64,000 bases of DNA from positions 154,070,001-154,134,000 of the forward strand of contig NC_042998.1 of NCBI RefSeq assembly GCF_006345805.1. Direction: 5' to 3'. Below the pieces are notes generated by a model. It did not search any database. It was not told the origin of the DNA and saw nothing but the letters and a program-made list of their open reading frames with translations. This stretch comes from Octopus sinensis. Taxonomy: Eukaryota. Positions 52,817 through 64,000 of the stretch are shown here, piece after piece (position 1 is the first letter of the stretch; each line of letters starts with the position of its first letter). The translations under genes and the position numbers were made by a program.

Positions 52817-54977
52817 GTAAGATTTAATTTTATTACTTTTTATCTGACTTTATGTATATACAATATCATTTTGCTAATTACAAAGTTGTCTGTGTAGTAT
52901 ATATATATTGAATTTTTTAAATATTTCTACTAGAGCTCACTAACTTAGTAATCATAATGGAGGTATCTAAAATAAATAGCCTACATGAGTTTCTTTGGTT
53001 CGACAACACTAGTAAAATGTGTTCCTTCAATATATAAGAGTTAAAATATCTTTGTGTATGTCATATATATTTTTTGAAATATTTTATCTAATGTGAATTG
53101 TAGATTGATTCACTGGTCCTTGAGAACCAAACATCTGATGAGGTTATTGCTCACAATTTTAAGACCAAAGAAGACACTTTGTTTTGTGTTTATTACCAAA
53201 GACATTTTCTTTCAAAACTATGACTAAAAAATAGCTGATGGTGACTTGAAGATAAACAGTGTTTCTTGACAATTTTAAACAAATGAAAGTCTTCTGGTGT
53301 ATTCAATCAGTAAAATCCACATTCTGTTAAGAGTACTCTTACTATGAAATATGAAAAAATGAGTATATGTTAGTACATTGTTGGGTATTCATACAAGATG
53401 TAATAACTAGAAAAATCTATTTGATATTTGAAAAAATATGAAAATATACTTCCTTGTTTAATATACAGATCTACTTAAGTTTTTCTTCTCATGTTTTTTT
53501 TTAAAGCTGAAGGCAAAAGGTAACTTGTAAGTATATTATATATATTCAAATAAATTTTATAGTTTTACATTCTCTATATTACTCACTTTATCTCAAACTT
53601 CTTCAAGAAGTGTTTCACTATTAACTTAACTTTGGTTGATCTCCAGTTTCATGCATGTCTCTGTCAATAATACTAATGTAGCTGAGTGATCCTCATCTTC
53701 TATTAGGGTATAGATGTATCCCATATACTACATGTGACATTGCCTGGTACTCAGCTCAATAGCAGTGGTCAGCAAAGCCACTGACATGGGTTTTGTGCTC
53801 ATATCATGAGATGTTTTGTACTTATGATAAACCTGATGGTTTGTTGAAACTTCTTCATAATCTAGATTTTGGCCATGTAGAGAAGAATGCTCTCTACTTA
53901 TACCCTTAAGAAGGCTTGCCTTATTGAATCTGAAATACTTAACTGACAAACATTTTGGTGCTTGATACTTTTGGGCTAATTTTTGCATGTCAGAAAGTCT
54001 TTCTAACTGTCAGCAACATATTTGGAATTACTGACTTCCTTGAGTTGAGTGCCATCATTGGAACACATCAACAATTGATTTTCATCTTCATTCACGATCA
54101 TATTCTCAATATTTTTTGCACTGACAAACAAACCCCTGTGACTACAGTATTCCCAAGGGGTATAAACAAGCCTTGCACAGCACACAATTGATGATTTATG
54201 AGTACAAAATCATTAGCATAGGCAAAGTCAGGGTGATACAAGCTCTGTTTTGATTACTTGTGATTGATAGGGAAATTTTTATTTAGGAAAGGACTGAGAT
54301 GGTTTGTTTAGTATTCTTCCTTGAAGCAAGTGGTATTTATATTCAATAAAAATTGAAGAAAGATAGCCAAGTAATTAAAACACCTTAATGTTCAAGGTCC
54401 ATAAATTCAAATCAAATACTAGTGTTGAAGTTTTGAATAGCTAACTTTATTATATAGATCTCAATTTATATAACTGTCATGGATATGTTCCAGAACTTCT
54501 GGCTATAGTCTTAAGGGAAATTTGTCTTAATTATTACAGAAACCCAATTTAAGCACTAAAGTTTGTAAAATGATCCAATTTTAACTTATATTTTATTGAC
54601 TTTAAACATGATTAAATTGTCAAGATTCCTATTGGAAGATGTGAAGCAAAAATTGATAATAAGCAGGTGGTGTTCATTTTAAATTGGGAGAGAATTTTGA
54701 AGTGTGTGATGTAGTTGTCATTGAAGGAAAATCATAAATGAGAAAAAATGGATTTGTGGGGGGATACTACTGACATTTAAAACTGAAAGAGTATTATCAG
54801 CATCAAGTAATATAATAGAGCCAGTTATGCATCAGATCAGTATGATTATTTTCAAGTCCAAGGATTTGTGGAAAGAGATTTGGGCCTAGAGATATGAGAA
54901 CTTTGGTAACAGAAGAAAGTTTTAATACCACTGAGATCATATGTTATCCATATAGGAAGTATTAGAATCTATACTGG

Positions 54978-55015
<38 letters not shown>

Positions 55016-55489
55016 TATAATAAGTAGTTTTCCTCATTTTAGAAATGTTAGATGTTGAACTAATTCTTGAGATAATAGAGTTTTTCTTAAGGAGGACTGG
55101 ATGCATAGGTATATATTTTTATAACATAGTTTGTTAATGGAGAAAGGAAAGTTAAATAGCTTAGTTAGAATAGATCATATGCATGTCATATATGGCACAT
55201 ATTCTAGGGCTGGTGGATTTGACACTCCTTCATTTCTCTCCATTTTATTCATTTTACTCTTGCTTCACACCTCAAAACTCACGCAGTAGTTGTGATGAAA
55301 CTCTTTACCATATATCCTTTGGCTGTATTTCCACAGCAGTGCACTCTATCCTGCCCTATGTGTTCCCTGCAATTACTGAAATGTACCAATTCAAATTAAA
55401 CATTAACTACATTAATATAATCCAAATTTCCTAATTTTCCAATCTAGGAAGTTAAAAGAAGCTTAATACCAATCCCTTTATTTTTTCAG

Positions 55490-55533
55490 TCAGCTATATC
55501 AATGTTTCCACCAATCAATAAATGCCATCCTTG
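55490..55533 (+). CDS. Candidate host exon (SAISMFPPINKCHP-W)
   Basis: ccctttattttttcag|TCA GCT...CCT TG|gttgtt; phase 0 in, phase 2 out, which would bridge 52809-52816 to 62739; weak donor. Confidence 0.35.
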
Positions 55534-55617
55534 GTTGTTTTCCTCCCAACTTTGGTTGTTTTCCTCCCAACTTTGGTTGTTTTCCTCCCAACTTTGGTTG
55601 TTTTCCTCCCAACTTTG
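55534..55617. repeat. Perfect minisatellite, 4 x 21 bp (gttgttttcctcccaactttg)
   Basis: Four identical units at 55534, 55555, 55576 and 55597. Confidence 0.95.
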
Positions 55618-56503
55618 AAAACTAAAAAAGAAATTTAAATGTTTAACTTTTGAAACCAGTATTTTATGTTAAATAGCAAATTTTACTATGAATAACTGAA
55701 ATTTACTTTTTAAATATTTATCTATGGAATAAAACTTGAGCTGATCACACATGAATTAGAAGTTTCTTTACCAAAGAGTTTGTTCATGCTTGTATTGGTA
55801 ATGTACTCTCTGAAACTTAATGCATCCACCCTACATTCTCTAAGTTTTCATCTTTCCCTCTCTTTCCCTTTGTCTTATTGATTAACTTCTTTTGTATATT
55901 ATGTATTTCTTATGTTTGTCTTGACTGAAGAGATCATATTCATTGGATGCTGTTGTAGTAGTGACAAATGTATCTCTTTGTTTGAAGAAAATTGTATATT
56001 TATTGATAAGGAATTAATAGGTTGAAGCAAGCATGCTGCAAGAACAAACTGTGCTCCTCATGTTTCCATATGGTTTTTCATTTCATTATGAATTTAGTTT
56101 GTGTGCTATTTTTACATTCTTTGTACCTTAGAATGACTTATTATGGATGTCTTCTACATGTGCTGTAAAAAGAAATATCTTCAGAGAACCCGATAAGCTA
56201 TTCTATAATATCTTATTTGATATCTTCAAATTTAATTAGCATGAACTAAAATCATTTTGACTCAATAAAATAAATATCTGTACTTCCCTGAAGCACATGT
56301 AATGTACTACATTATCTATTTTCAGCGTCTTCAAATTGGTTTAAATGCATATAATAAGCAAGATAGCTTCCACCCTCCTATGATAATGTCTCAGAAATTT
56401 TTTACACTATATTTACTGATTCACAAAAAAGGAAGAGTATTTTCTGTGTAGCTCTAAAGAAGCTTCCTAAATGTTCCAGTTATATACTATATATCTTATT
56501 CCA

Positions 56504-56544
<41 letters not shown>

Positions 56545-56551
<7 letters not shown>

Positions 56552-56924
56552 AGAATTTTTCATCAAAAGTAGAGTCCAGAGTAATCCATAGGTAGGAGAG
56601 GTGCATCCGGAGTGTAAAAAGTCCCAAAAAGAATCCGTAAAGGGTAGAAAGGTAGAAAGCCCAGTGGAGAAGTTTGTGGGTGATGAGAGGAGACAGGATC
56701 AACTGATATATGGGGAGAATTCACGAAAAAAACAAAAGACAAAGACAGGTGGTGTAGAAAACAAACAGATGTATTAGTATAACACTCGGGAATTGAAGAA
56801 GTCTTTTATGTTTCAAGCCTACGCTCTTCCACAGAAAGAAACAAGGAGAGAAAAGAATGTGTGTAGTGGCTACCGATCTATCATAGCGACTATATATATA
56901 GTCGACTATGTGTATATATATATT

Positions 56925-56930
<6 letters not shown>
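56545..56930 (-). mobile_element. PLE-type terminal fragment with a decayed minimal hammerhead
   Basis: Minus strand 56836-56801 ttt-CTGTGGA-agagcgtaggctt-GAAA-cataaaag; the core has drifted from CTGANGA; between (TA)n tracts. Confidence 0.5.
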
Positions 56931-56961
<31 letters not shown>

Positions 56962-57377
56962 ATGTGCACATGTGTGTATATATGTGTATGTATGTATATA
57001 TATATGTATACATGTGTATATGTGTGTGTTTTATTTAGCTGTTTGTGTGTGTGCAATTAGTTTCGTTTAGAAATCTTCTGCGGACAGATATATATATATT
57101 CTTTCTCTATTTCTTCCTTCTCTCTCTGTCTCTTCAGTTCTCTCCCTCACGCTTCTCCTTGTCTCTTCATTACTCTCTTCTTTCTTACTCTCCTCTTTCA
57201 GCTCTCAATCTCTCTTACTCAATCTCTCTTCTCTCTTACTCTCTTCTTTCGGCTCCCAATCTCTCCTTAAGTACATAGACGCTCTCTTTCTCTATTTCTT
57301 CCCTACCCCCTATTGCACTATTAGATAATATAAATTAATATAATTAGATAAATAGATAGATAGATAAAATATCAAGA

Positions 57378-58238
57378 ATGTCCAGAACCTGGAAAAGTGA
57401 CAAATTGGCGTTGTTCCTGAGAGGATGGCGATGCGCTGGCGGAGAAAATCCAGATAACATAATTACGGCTGCGCTGAAGAGCAGTGGATACAAAAGGACG
57501 TCAGCTCAAATAGAGCGGAAGAAGCAAGAATTTATACGCTCCTACGCACTTGTCAGATCGCACATTAACATGCTGGATGCCATCTTTGACAGTGAAAAAA
57601 GTGAACAAAGTAAAGATGGCAAGGATGGAGACGCAAGCGCTGATGGAAAAGGTCACCCCCACCTGGTAGACGCCCAGGAAGAAAACTCCAGTGAGAAACC
57701 TGCCCGGGAGGTAAACCCAAGTGCGGGTGCTCCTACCGGCACCAAAAGCCATGGACATGGAGATGAAAGAACCAAAAAAGGAGGAAAAACTAAAACTAAA
57801 ACTCAGGCAAAACCAAAAAACGAAACAGCCAAGGATAGAAGCAAACTTAAGCAGCGCACATGGGTATGTAGGTTCTACCTGAGAAGTGCCTGCCGGCATG
57901 GAGAGGAAGGTGCAGGCTGCCGTTTTGCACATCCGGGACCCTGCCGCAGGAACCAACCACCGAAAGGAAAAGGGATGGACCACGCACCACCTGCCCCAAA
58001 ACGGAGGTACGCAGATGTGGTGCGTGCCACAAACCGCCAACGTGTTGTTGAAAGGGCAGCTGCTGAACAAGAATCTTTTTTGTGCATGGCACAAAAGATT
58101 GTACAGCAGCTAACCTGGCTCCATCAAACTCAAGCTCGCAAATGGTACTACCCACAGTTCACAAGACCACCACAGCAAATAAACCCAAGGTGGACACCAC
58201 TGGCAACAGCATACACCTCACCTCGATGCTCCTACTGA
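57378..58238 (+). CDS. LINE ORF1, 286 aa: Myb/SANT-like trihelix N-terminus, K-rich linker, CCCH zinc finger
   Basis: W(KSDKLALFL)RGW...ITAALKSSGYKRTSAQIERKKQEFIRSY; VCRFYLRSACRHGEEGAGCRFAHP. Confidence 0.82.
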   Translation: MSRTWKSDKLALFLRGWRCAGGENPDNIITAALKSSGYKRTSAQIERKKQEFIRSYALVRSHINMLDAIFDSEKSEQSKDGKDGDASADGKGHPHLVDAQEENSSEKPAREVNPSAGAPTGTKSHGHGDERTKKGGKTKTKTQAKPKNETAKDRSKLKQRTWVCRFYLRSACRHGEEGAGCRFAHPGPCRRNQPPKGKGMDHAPPAPKRRYADVVRATNRQRVVERAAAEQESFLCMAQKIVQQLTWLHQTQARKWYYPQFTRPPQQINPRWTPLATAYTSPRCSY

Positions 58239-61132
58239 ACATCAGAGGACTACTAACACACAGTAACAGGACAAAAGTCCCGTTCTTGAGAGACTTTGTT
58301 GCATGCAATCAAGCCTTATGCATAGCACTTACGGAAACACACCTGAAACCGGACATAGCAGATGCGGAATTACACATACCACAGTATGTTGTACTACGGA
58401 CCGACAGAAAAGAAAGGAGTCATGGAGGAGTTGCTATGTACATCTGTGAGGACCTCACACCCCAGGTCCTTTTGTCATACTCAAACTCGGTGTGTGACAC
58501 ACTAATTGTACATGTAAGGCAACTTGGTGTAGTTGTGTGTGCTACATATCGCCCTCCAGATGCCCCAAGCCATATGGGCAAGTTTGAAGACTGCCTTATA
58601 AAAATAGAAGAAGTTCTAGTCACACTAGAACAGCACATAAGTGTACTTCTCATGGGAGACTTCAACCTACCCAATGTCAGATGGCCCGAGGGCCTTTCTC
58701 TCCCAGGAATGACACGATGTGAACGGGGACAGGCGAGGTCCCTCCTGAACCTCATCAACACCCTGTACATGGAGCAAGTAATACTCCAACCAACCAGGGC
58801 AGGTAACACACTGGATCTCTGCTTCACAAATAATATGGATCTCATCCATAATGTGAAAGTGACACCGACACTACTCTCGGATCACAACATGGTAGAGCTG
58901 ACCATGTACGGGCCAAAGGAAAGCATGGACATGCAGCCTACAAGAAACTCTCAGAATCTTTCCAGCTTGAACTTCAATAAGGCAAACTGGAAACAAATTG
59001 AGAAAGAGATCCTCAAACAAAACTGGCCTGAATGTCTCTCCTCGCCGGACATCGACATGAAACTTCAACAATTCATGTCTGTAATGCAAGCCATATGCTA
59101 CAAATGTGTCCCAGAGAGAAAGGCCACTGTACACAAGAACAAAATCCCCAGAGAGAGGAAAATTTTAATGAGACGGCGTACAAAAATCTCAAATCACCTA
59201 AACAAACAAATTGAAAGCAGTGAAAAGTCCCGCCTGAAAATAAAACTGTTGGAAATTGAAAAATGTCTGCAACTCTCCCATGAAAAGGAAAGAGCAGACA
59301 AAGAAGCCTGGGCTATAGACAACATAAAAACTAACCCCAGAGCTTTCTACAGGTATGCCAAAGAAACAGCTACGGTGCACTGTAGGATAGGGCCACTCCT
59401 TGAAAAGGATGGCACACTCACAGGAAAACCAATGAGGGTAAGTGAAATACTGAATGAGCAATTCAAGAGTGTTTTCACTCCACCCCTTGGGCATTTCCAA
59501 ATCAGCAATCCAACTGACTTCTTTACCACTGCAGATATAAAATCAGAGGCGACGACGATAAATTACATCGATATAAAGGAAGACGATGTAATAAAGGCTA
59601 TAGATGAAATGAAAACAGACTCAGCTATTGGCATCGATGGATTCCCGGCAATCCTCCTAAAAGCATGTAAGAGAGTCCTAGCAAGACCATTGCAGTTCCT
59701 CTTTCAGAGCTTCCTTGCAGCTGGCAAACTTCCAAGAAAACTGAAGGAAGGTAAAATATGCCCTATTCATAAAGGAGGTAGCAGAGCGGAGGCCAAGAAC
59801 TACAGACCTATCTCTCTGACCTCACACATCAGCAAGGTCATGGAACGAATAGTCAGAAGGAAACTAATCACCTTCCTTGAAGAAAATGACTTGCTGCCTG
59901 ACACCCAACATGGTTTCCAACCAGGAAGAAGCTGCTTAACTCAGCTCCTACAACACTATGACTGGGTGCTGAAACAACTGCTCAACCACTCAAATGTGGA
60001 AGTCATATATCTCGACTTTGCAAAGGCCTTTGATAAAGTCGATCATGGAATGATATGTCACAAACTGCGTGATCTTGGCATAGTTGGAAAATTGAGAGAA
60101 TGGCTTCATGACTTTCTGAAGAATAGCGGTGTTCCGCAGGGCACTGTTTTGGGACCATTACTGTTCATAATGGCCCTCTCAGACATGCCCTCAGCCACAC
60201 AGAGAGCCACGATCACAATTTATGCAGATGATACAAAAGTTTCACAGGCAATACAGAACCCTGAGGACACTAAGCACCTGCAATGTGAGCTGGACGAAAT
60301 ATACAAGTGGGCTGAAAAGAATAGCATGCAGTTCAATGCTGAAAAGTTTCAAGCTTTATACTATCAGCATGCAAAACTGAATGCAATACCCAATGAATAC
60401 ACTGGACCCGGAGGGATTGCAATCCCAGAGGCACAATCAGTGTGTGACCTGGGTATTCACATGAGTGATGACGCGACCTTTCATGTACATGTTGCTAAAC
60501 TGGCAATGAAATGTAGACGGCTGGCTGGATGGATTCTTAGAACCTTTAGAACAAGAGAACAAGAAACCATGATGGTCCTCTGGAAGACACTTGTCCTAAG
60601 CCACTTTGACTATTGCTCTCAGCTATGGTCACCATCCAGTGTCAAGTTGATCACAGAACTTGAGGCGATCCAACAAAGCTACACGAAGAAGATAGCCTCT
60701 GTGCAGCATATGAGCTACTGGGAAAGACTCAAGAGATTAAAGCTCTATTCCCTGGAGCGTAGGCGAGAAAGATATGCCATAATATATATCTGGAAGATCC
60801 TGGAAGGACTTGTCCCAAACTTTGGCATCGAGAGTCAGACAAATGCCAGAACTGGGCGCCACTGCGTAGTACCAAGGACTCCAAATTTGCCATCAAGATG
60901 TAGGACAAGATACTGTGATAGCCTGGGCTTCAGAGGCCCACAGCTCTTCAATATCCTCCCGAAGAACCTGAGGGACCTGCATGGTGTAGATGCGGATGTC
61001 TTTAAAGTAGGACTGGATCACTTCCTGTCAGGTGTCCCGGATGAACCAACTTCACGGCAGGAGGTGCAGATGAGGGCAGCTGCATCGAACTCTCTCATGC
61101 ATCAGATGGCGTTTGCTAAAAAGCATCCGTGA
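58226..61132 (+). CDS. LINE ORF2, APE plus RT, stop-free, YADD intact, 18-aa in-frame deletion in RT
   Basis: MLLLNIRGL starts at 58226 and overlaps the ORF1 stop by 13 nt. TETHL, GDFNLP, NTLDLCF, SDHN; DFAKAFDKV; DFLKN^SGVPQG versus DFLKDRSQAVVVNGATSMNTQIVSGVTQG in family A. Confidence 0.92.
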   Translation: MLLLNIRGLLTHSNRTKVPFLRDFVACNQALCIALTETHLKPDIADAELHIPQYVVLRTDRKERSHGGVAMYICEDLTPQVLLSYSNSVCDTLIVHVRQLGVVVCATYRPPDAPSHMGKFEDCLIKIEEVLVTLEQHISVLLMGDFNLPNVRWPEGLSLPGMTRCERGQARSLLNLINTLYMEQVILQPTRAGNTLDLCFTNNMDLIHNVKVTPTLLSDHNMVELTMYGPKESMDMQPTRNSQNLSSLNFNKANWKQIEKEILKQNWPECLSSPDIDMKLQQFMSVMQAICYKCVPERKATVHKNKIPRERKILMRRRTKISNHLNKQIESSEKSRLKIKLLEIEKCLQLSHEKERADKEAWAIDNIKTNPRAFYRYAKETATVHCRIGPLLEKDGTLTGKPMRVSEILNEQFKSVFTPPLGHFQISNPTDFFTTADIKSEATTINYIDIKEDDVIKAIDEMKTDSAIGIDGFPAILLKACKRVLARPLQFLFQSFLAAGKLPRKLKEGKICPIHKGGSRAEAKNYRPISLTSHISKVMERIVRRKLITFLEENDLLPDTQHGFQPGRSCLTQLLQHYDWVLKQLLNHSNVEVIYLDFAKAFDKVDHGMICHKLRDLGIVGKLREWLHDFLKNSGVPQGTVLGPLLFIMALSDMPSATQRATITIYADDTKVSQAIQNPEDTKHLQCELDEIYKWAEKNSMQFNAEKFQALYYQHAKLNAIPNEYTGPGGIAIPEAQSVCDLGIHMSDDATFHVHVAKLAMKCRRLAGWILRTFRTREQETMMVLWKTLVLSHFDYCSQLWSPSSVKLITELEAIQQSYTKKIASVQHMSYWERLKRLKLYSLERRRERYAIIYIWKILEGLVPNFGIESQTNARTGRHCVVPRTPNLPSRCRTRYCDSLGFRGPQLFNILPKNLRDLHGVDADVFKVGLDHFLSGVPDEPTSRQEVQMRAAASNSLMHQMAFAKKHP

Positions 61133-61244
61133 GGTAAAATCGTGTAGCAAACCAAATGGCGGTGCCCTAGCATGGCCACAGCTCATTAGCTGAAACTGGA
61201 AAAATCAAATCAAATCAAAATCATATATATATATCATGGTGACT

Positions 61245-61580
61245 ATGTATATAGTAAGAAGCTGTGTAGCAAGAAGCTTGCTTCCCAACCACATGGTTCT
61301 GGGTTCAATCACACTGCATGACACCTTGGGCAAGTGTCTTCTACTATAGCCTAAGCCTTATTAGTGGATTTTGTAGACAGAAACTCAAAAAAGCCCATAT
61401 ATAATATGTTTGTATGTGTGTGTGTTTGTCCCCCATCACTGCGTGATAACTGGTATTGGTCTGTTTACATCCCCATAATTTAGCAGTTTGACAAAAGAGA
61501 CTGGTACAATATATACCAGGCTTAAAACAAATTTTTTTTTGAACTATGGAGTCAATTCATTTGACTAAAATTCTTCAAGT
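61245..61580 (+). mobile_element. Old SINE copy, same superfamily as 38112
   Basis: gctgtgtagcaagaagcttgcttcccaaccacatggttctgggttcaatc...accttgggcaagtgtcttctactatagcc. Confidence 0.72.
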
Positions 61581-61699
61581 TACAAAAAGTACAACATTTT
61601 CTGCTTGACTGAAAATTAAAATTGGCTCTGGATCACAGGCCATTAGAATTATTTTTTGAAAAACTTATGGTTTACTGAAGGTAACATCTGCACATAAGG

Positions 61700-62450
61700 A
61701 TAGGCCTTAGAAATGATGATATTTTATTGTGAAATGTCTCTTGTAAAGGAATCTGAATCACTCTATGTTGGCACATTATCACAACTGAAGTCAATTAATA
61801 ATGTGGGTTTGGATAAGCATTATCATAATGATGATAACATTTTCATTACCTTTTTAGAAATTACTGTTATAAAATAAGAAAATTTTAAATTGGACACTAC
61901 CAACAACAATAAGGTATCCATTAAAATTAGAAGCAGGGGAACAAGATGTGGAATAATATGTGTTAAAATATAACCAGAATTAACTAACACAGTGTACACA
62001 TGACCTAAAGGAATCAAAGTTTGGATATATGTGAATATGGATTATGATTATGTCAAAAAATTAGATCTGCTTTTAATATACATTCATGCAAACTCTGGAT
62101 GGCAAGAGGTAATAAGCATTAACAATACAGAAGCAGAAATAGTTAGGCAGATATTGAGAACTGTATTTTTCAGAAATGGTGTTCCAGAAACATTATTGCA
62201 CAGTTTTTCACTCAAGAAAACTTCTTAAGCCACTGGCTTTATGAATAGACAAATATAGTGACTGGTAAGAATGTCTTACGAAACTACTACTCAAATTTAG
62301 TATCACTGTGAAGAAAATGTCAAACCACAACTGGATTTTCATTCCAAGCAAGAAATAATAATACAATTGCAATTTTTAAGGGTGAACACAATATCCTTCA
62401 GATCAAATAAGCTATGATATAAATATGCAGAATTATCCCCTCAAGCTTTA
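61700..62450 (+). mobile_element. LTR retrotransposon (Gypsy-like) integrase relic
   Basis: LLLIYIHANSGWQEVISINNTEAEIVRQILRTVFFRNGVPETL resembles the decayed rve core (DxxSKWxEV...IFxRxGxPxxL). Confidence 0.6.
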
Positions 62451-62738
62451 AATGTTATTTAGATAACTTACTAAAAATTGTGATTTGATAATTGATACAG
62501 AATCAAGCAATACAAATAGTATTAGATATAGTTCTCAAAAAGCAAAAGGAATTAAACCAATTCCTCTTTATTTGAATTGTACCTGTCTTTAGATTTGTGT
62601 TTGACTATCTGTACTTCATAAATCCACTTTCAATATTGGTTTACTTTCTTCAAAAAGATTATGTAAAACAAAATAAGTGAATAAAAAATATTTTTGTTAT
62701 AAGATATTCCACAGGATGATTTTCTTTTTTCTTTTAAG

Positions 62739-62811
62739 GAGAGTGCCAGATGGTTGTGCTTCAAAAAGTCCAGCTGAGAAAGGAGCTTCACCTTCTTATG
62801 TACCAACTATG
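62739..62811 (+). CDS. Host-gene exon (RVPDGCASKSPAEKGASPSYVPTM)
   Basis: tttcttttttcttttaag|G AGA GTG...ACT ATG|gtttgt; entry phase 2, exit phase 0, matching 63399. Confidence 0.65.
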
Positions 62812-63398
62812 GTTTGTTTTGTTTGTTTGATATTCTTTTTTTGTAAAGATTTCAAAATTAAAATCTAAAATATTGTTTTGAAAAATTAATATATTTATTT
62901 TTAGTTCTTGTTGTGCAGCCTTAGGTCATCTCCAGTTGATTAGACATATGACATGTTGTCTGAATGACCAAGTGCAATCCACAGACATGCTAGTTCCCAA
63001 TATATAAATAAGGGTTATCAAAAAATATACTGCACACTCTGACAATCTATGGTTGATTAAATGTTGTACAGTGTTGCCGTCTAAACAATTTGTGCTCTGT
63101 CAACTGTCTAATCTGATTCTCTGTGTCTGTGGTTTTTGATGATAATCACAAAAGAAGCATGTAAGGTGAACTCAGTGTGACGTTGGCAACCACTGCTCCT
63201 CAAAACTTATTACTGGTGCTGTGCATCCTAGCATAATGTTTCTGGTAAATAATACAGTGCATAAGTACTTGGAGAAGTCAGTTCAGCTGATTGTCTTGGT
63301 TTCCTTTATTTACCCCATTAAAGTACTTCTATTATTATCATTACTTTAATGAGCTTCATTATTGTTATTTCATTAAAGAACTGATTTTCTTGTTATAG

Positions 63399-63434
63399 AT
63401 AATATCTGATGAACCTCCAACAACCACCATGAAA
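63399..63434 (+). CDS. Host-gene exon (IISDEPPTTTMK)
   Basis: ttttcttgttatag|ATA ATA TCT...ATG AAA|gtaagt; phase 0 on both sides. Confidence 0.68.
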
Positions 63435-63533
63435 GTAAGTAATTTATTTTGTATAAAGTTTTCTGTTCATTTAAAATCAACCTTTCTATGATCCTCCATT
63501 CAGTACTGTGTTGTGATTTTATATGTGTATATA

Positions 63534-63910
63534 TCTCTATATATATAAAACTGAGAATGTGTCTGTCTGTCTGTGTGTTTCCCTAAAACTTGAGAACTAC
63601 ACAACCAATTTCATTCAAATTTTACACATGCCTTACTTAAGGTCCGGGGAGTGTCATCGAAAAAAAATTTTTAACTTTTTCCCTAGGGCGACCCTACATC
63701 AATATCATATCTTCTCCACTATTTCAGTATTACGTGTTAAAAGTGAAACAAAAACATCTCTCTATTGTGATGCAGACACTTTCACTTTAATACTGAAACT
63801 ATTAAAGTGAAAGTATTATATAACAGGGATGAACCATTAACAGTGGTCATCCATTTTGCTAGAAGAAGATCCGCTATGGTCTTATATGCTACACCACTGG
63901 TTTTCAATTC
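63534..63910 (+). mobile_element. Helitron 5' end with a possible helicase remnant
   Basis: A|TCtctatatatataaaactg start like 8609 (minus). The downstream TFTLILKLL...SG..SILLE..RSA weakly resembles the PIF1-type Helitron helicase motifs I/Ia. Confidence 0.55.
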
Positions 63911-63948
63911 ATATTAATCAAACTAATATTCAATTTTTCACCCTTATT

Positions 63949-63981
<33 letters not shown>

Positions 63982-64000
63982 TAGCAATTCGTATAAAATT

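Larger units (their letters stand above)
57060..61225 (+). mobile_element. Apparently full-length CR1/Jockey-group LINE, family B
   Basis: CT-rich 5' region (start uncertain), open ORF1 and ORF2, tail cagcatggccacagctcattagctgaaactggaaa(aatca)n; no TSD identified. Confidence 0.93.

Noticed and set aside
53130-53185. CTGATGA-ggtt...gacc followed by aaag
   Set aside because: GAAA is absent and stem III cannot be formed; at most a very old relic.
53728-54191. ORFs that might be a DNA-transposase relic
   Set aside because: No diagnostic motif I can name with confidence; needs a profile search.

Overview
AT-rich, microsatellite-laden eukaryotic DNA, not prokaryotic, and about two-thirds recognisable repeats. 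The SINE/LINE content suggests a cephalopod such as Octopus; this is inference only. Mobile elements: (1) two near full-length CR1/Jockey-group LINEs (18783-22470 minus; about 57060-61225 plus) whose long ORF2s are open but each carry an RT lesion, a third deleted LINE, and 3' fragments; (2) one long RTE LINE with several 3' fragments; (3) at least four Penelope-like element (PLE) relics, each flanked by inverted repeats; (4) tRNA/CORE-type SINEs sharing their 3' tail with the LINEs; (5) non-autonomous Helitrons and Tc1, hAT, R4/Dong-like and Gypsy relics. There are also two unexplained tandem arrays and a 100-N gap. Short plus-strand exons from 34.1 kb to 63.4 kb, only partly linkable by phase, suggest a host gene (end of a PH-like domain, then a Tyr/Pro-rich region) with candidate microexons. 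The most striking signal not shown by the ORF track is a dense set of hammerhead-ribozyme (HHR) motifs: eight with both core halves, plus degenerate and half motifs. Most sit in PLE-like terminal sequences. Two families share an unusual 57-58 nt stem II. Two HHRs lie in sense orientation in one host intron, and one fold-back palindrome is centred exactly on an HHR core. All structures and alignments were read by eye; no searches or folding programs were run.
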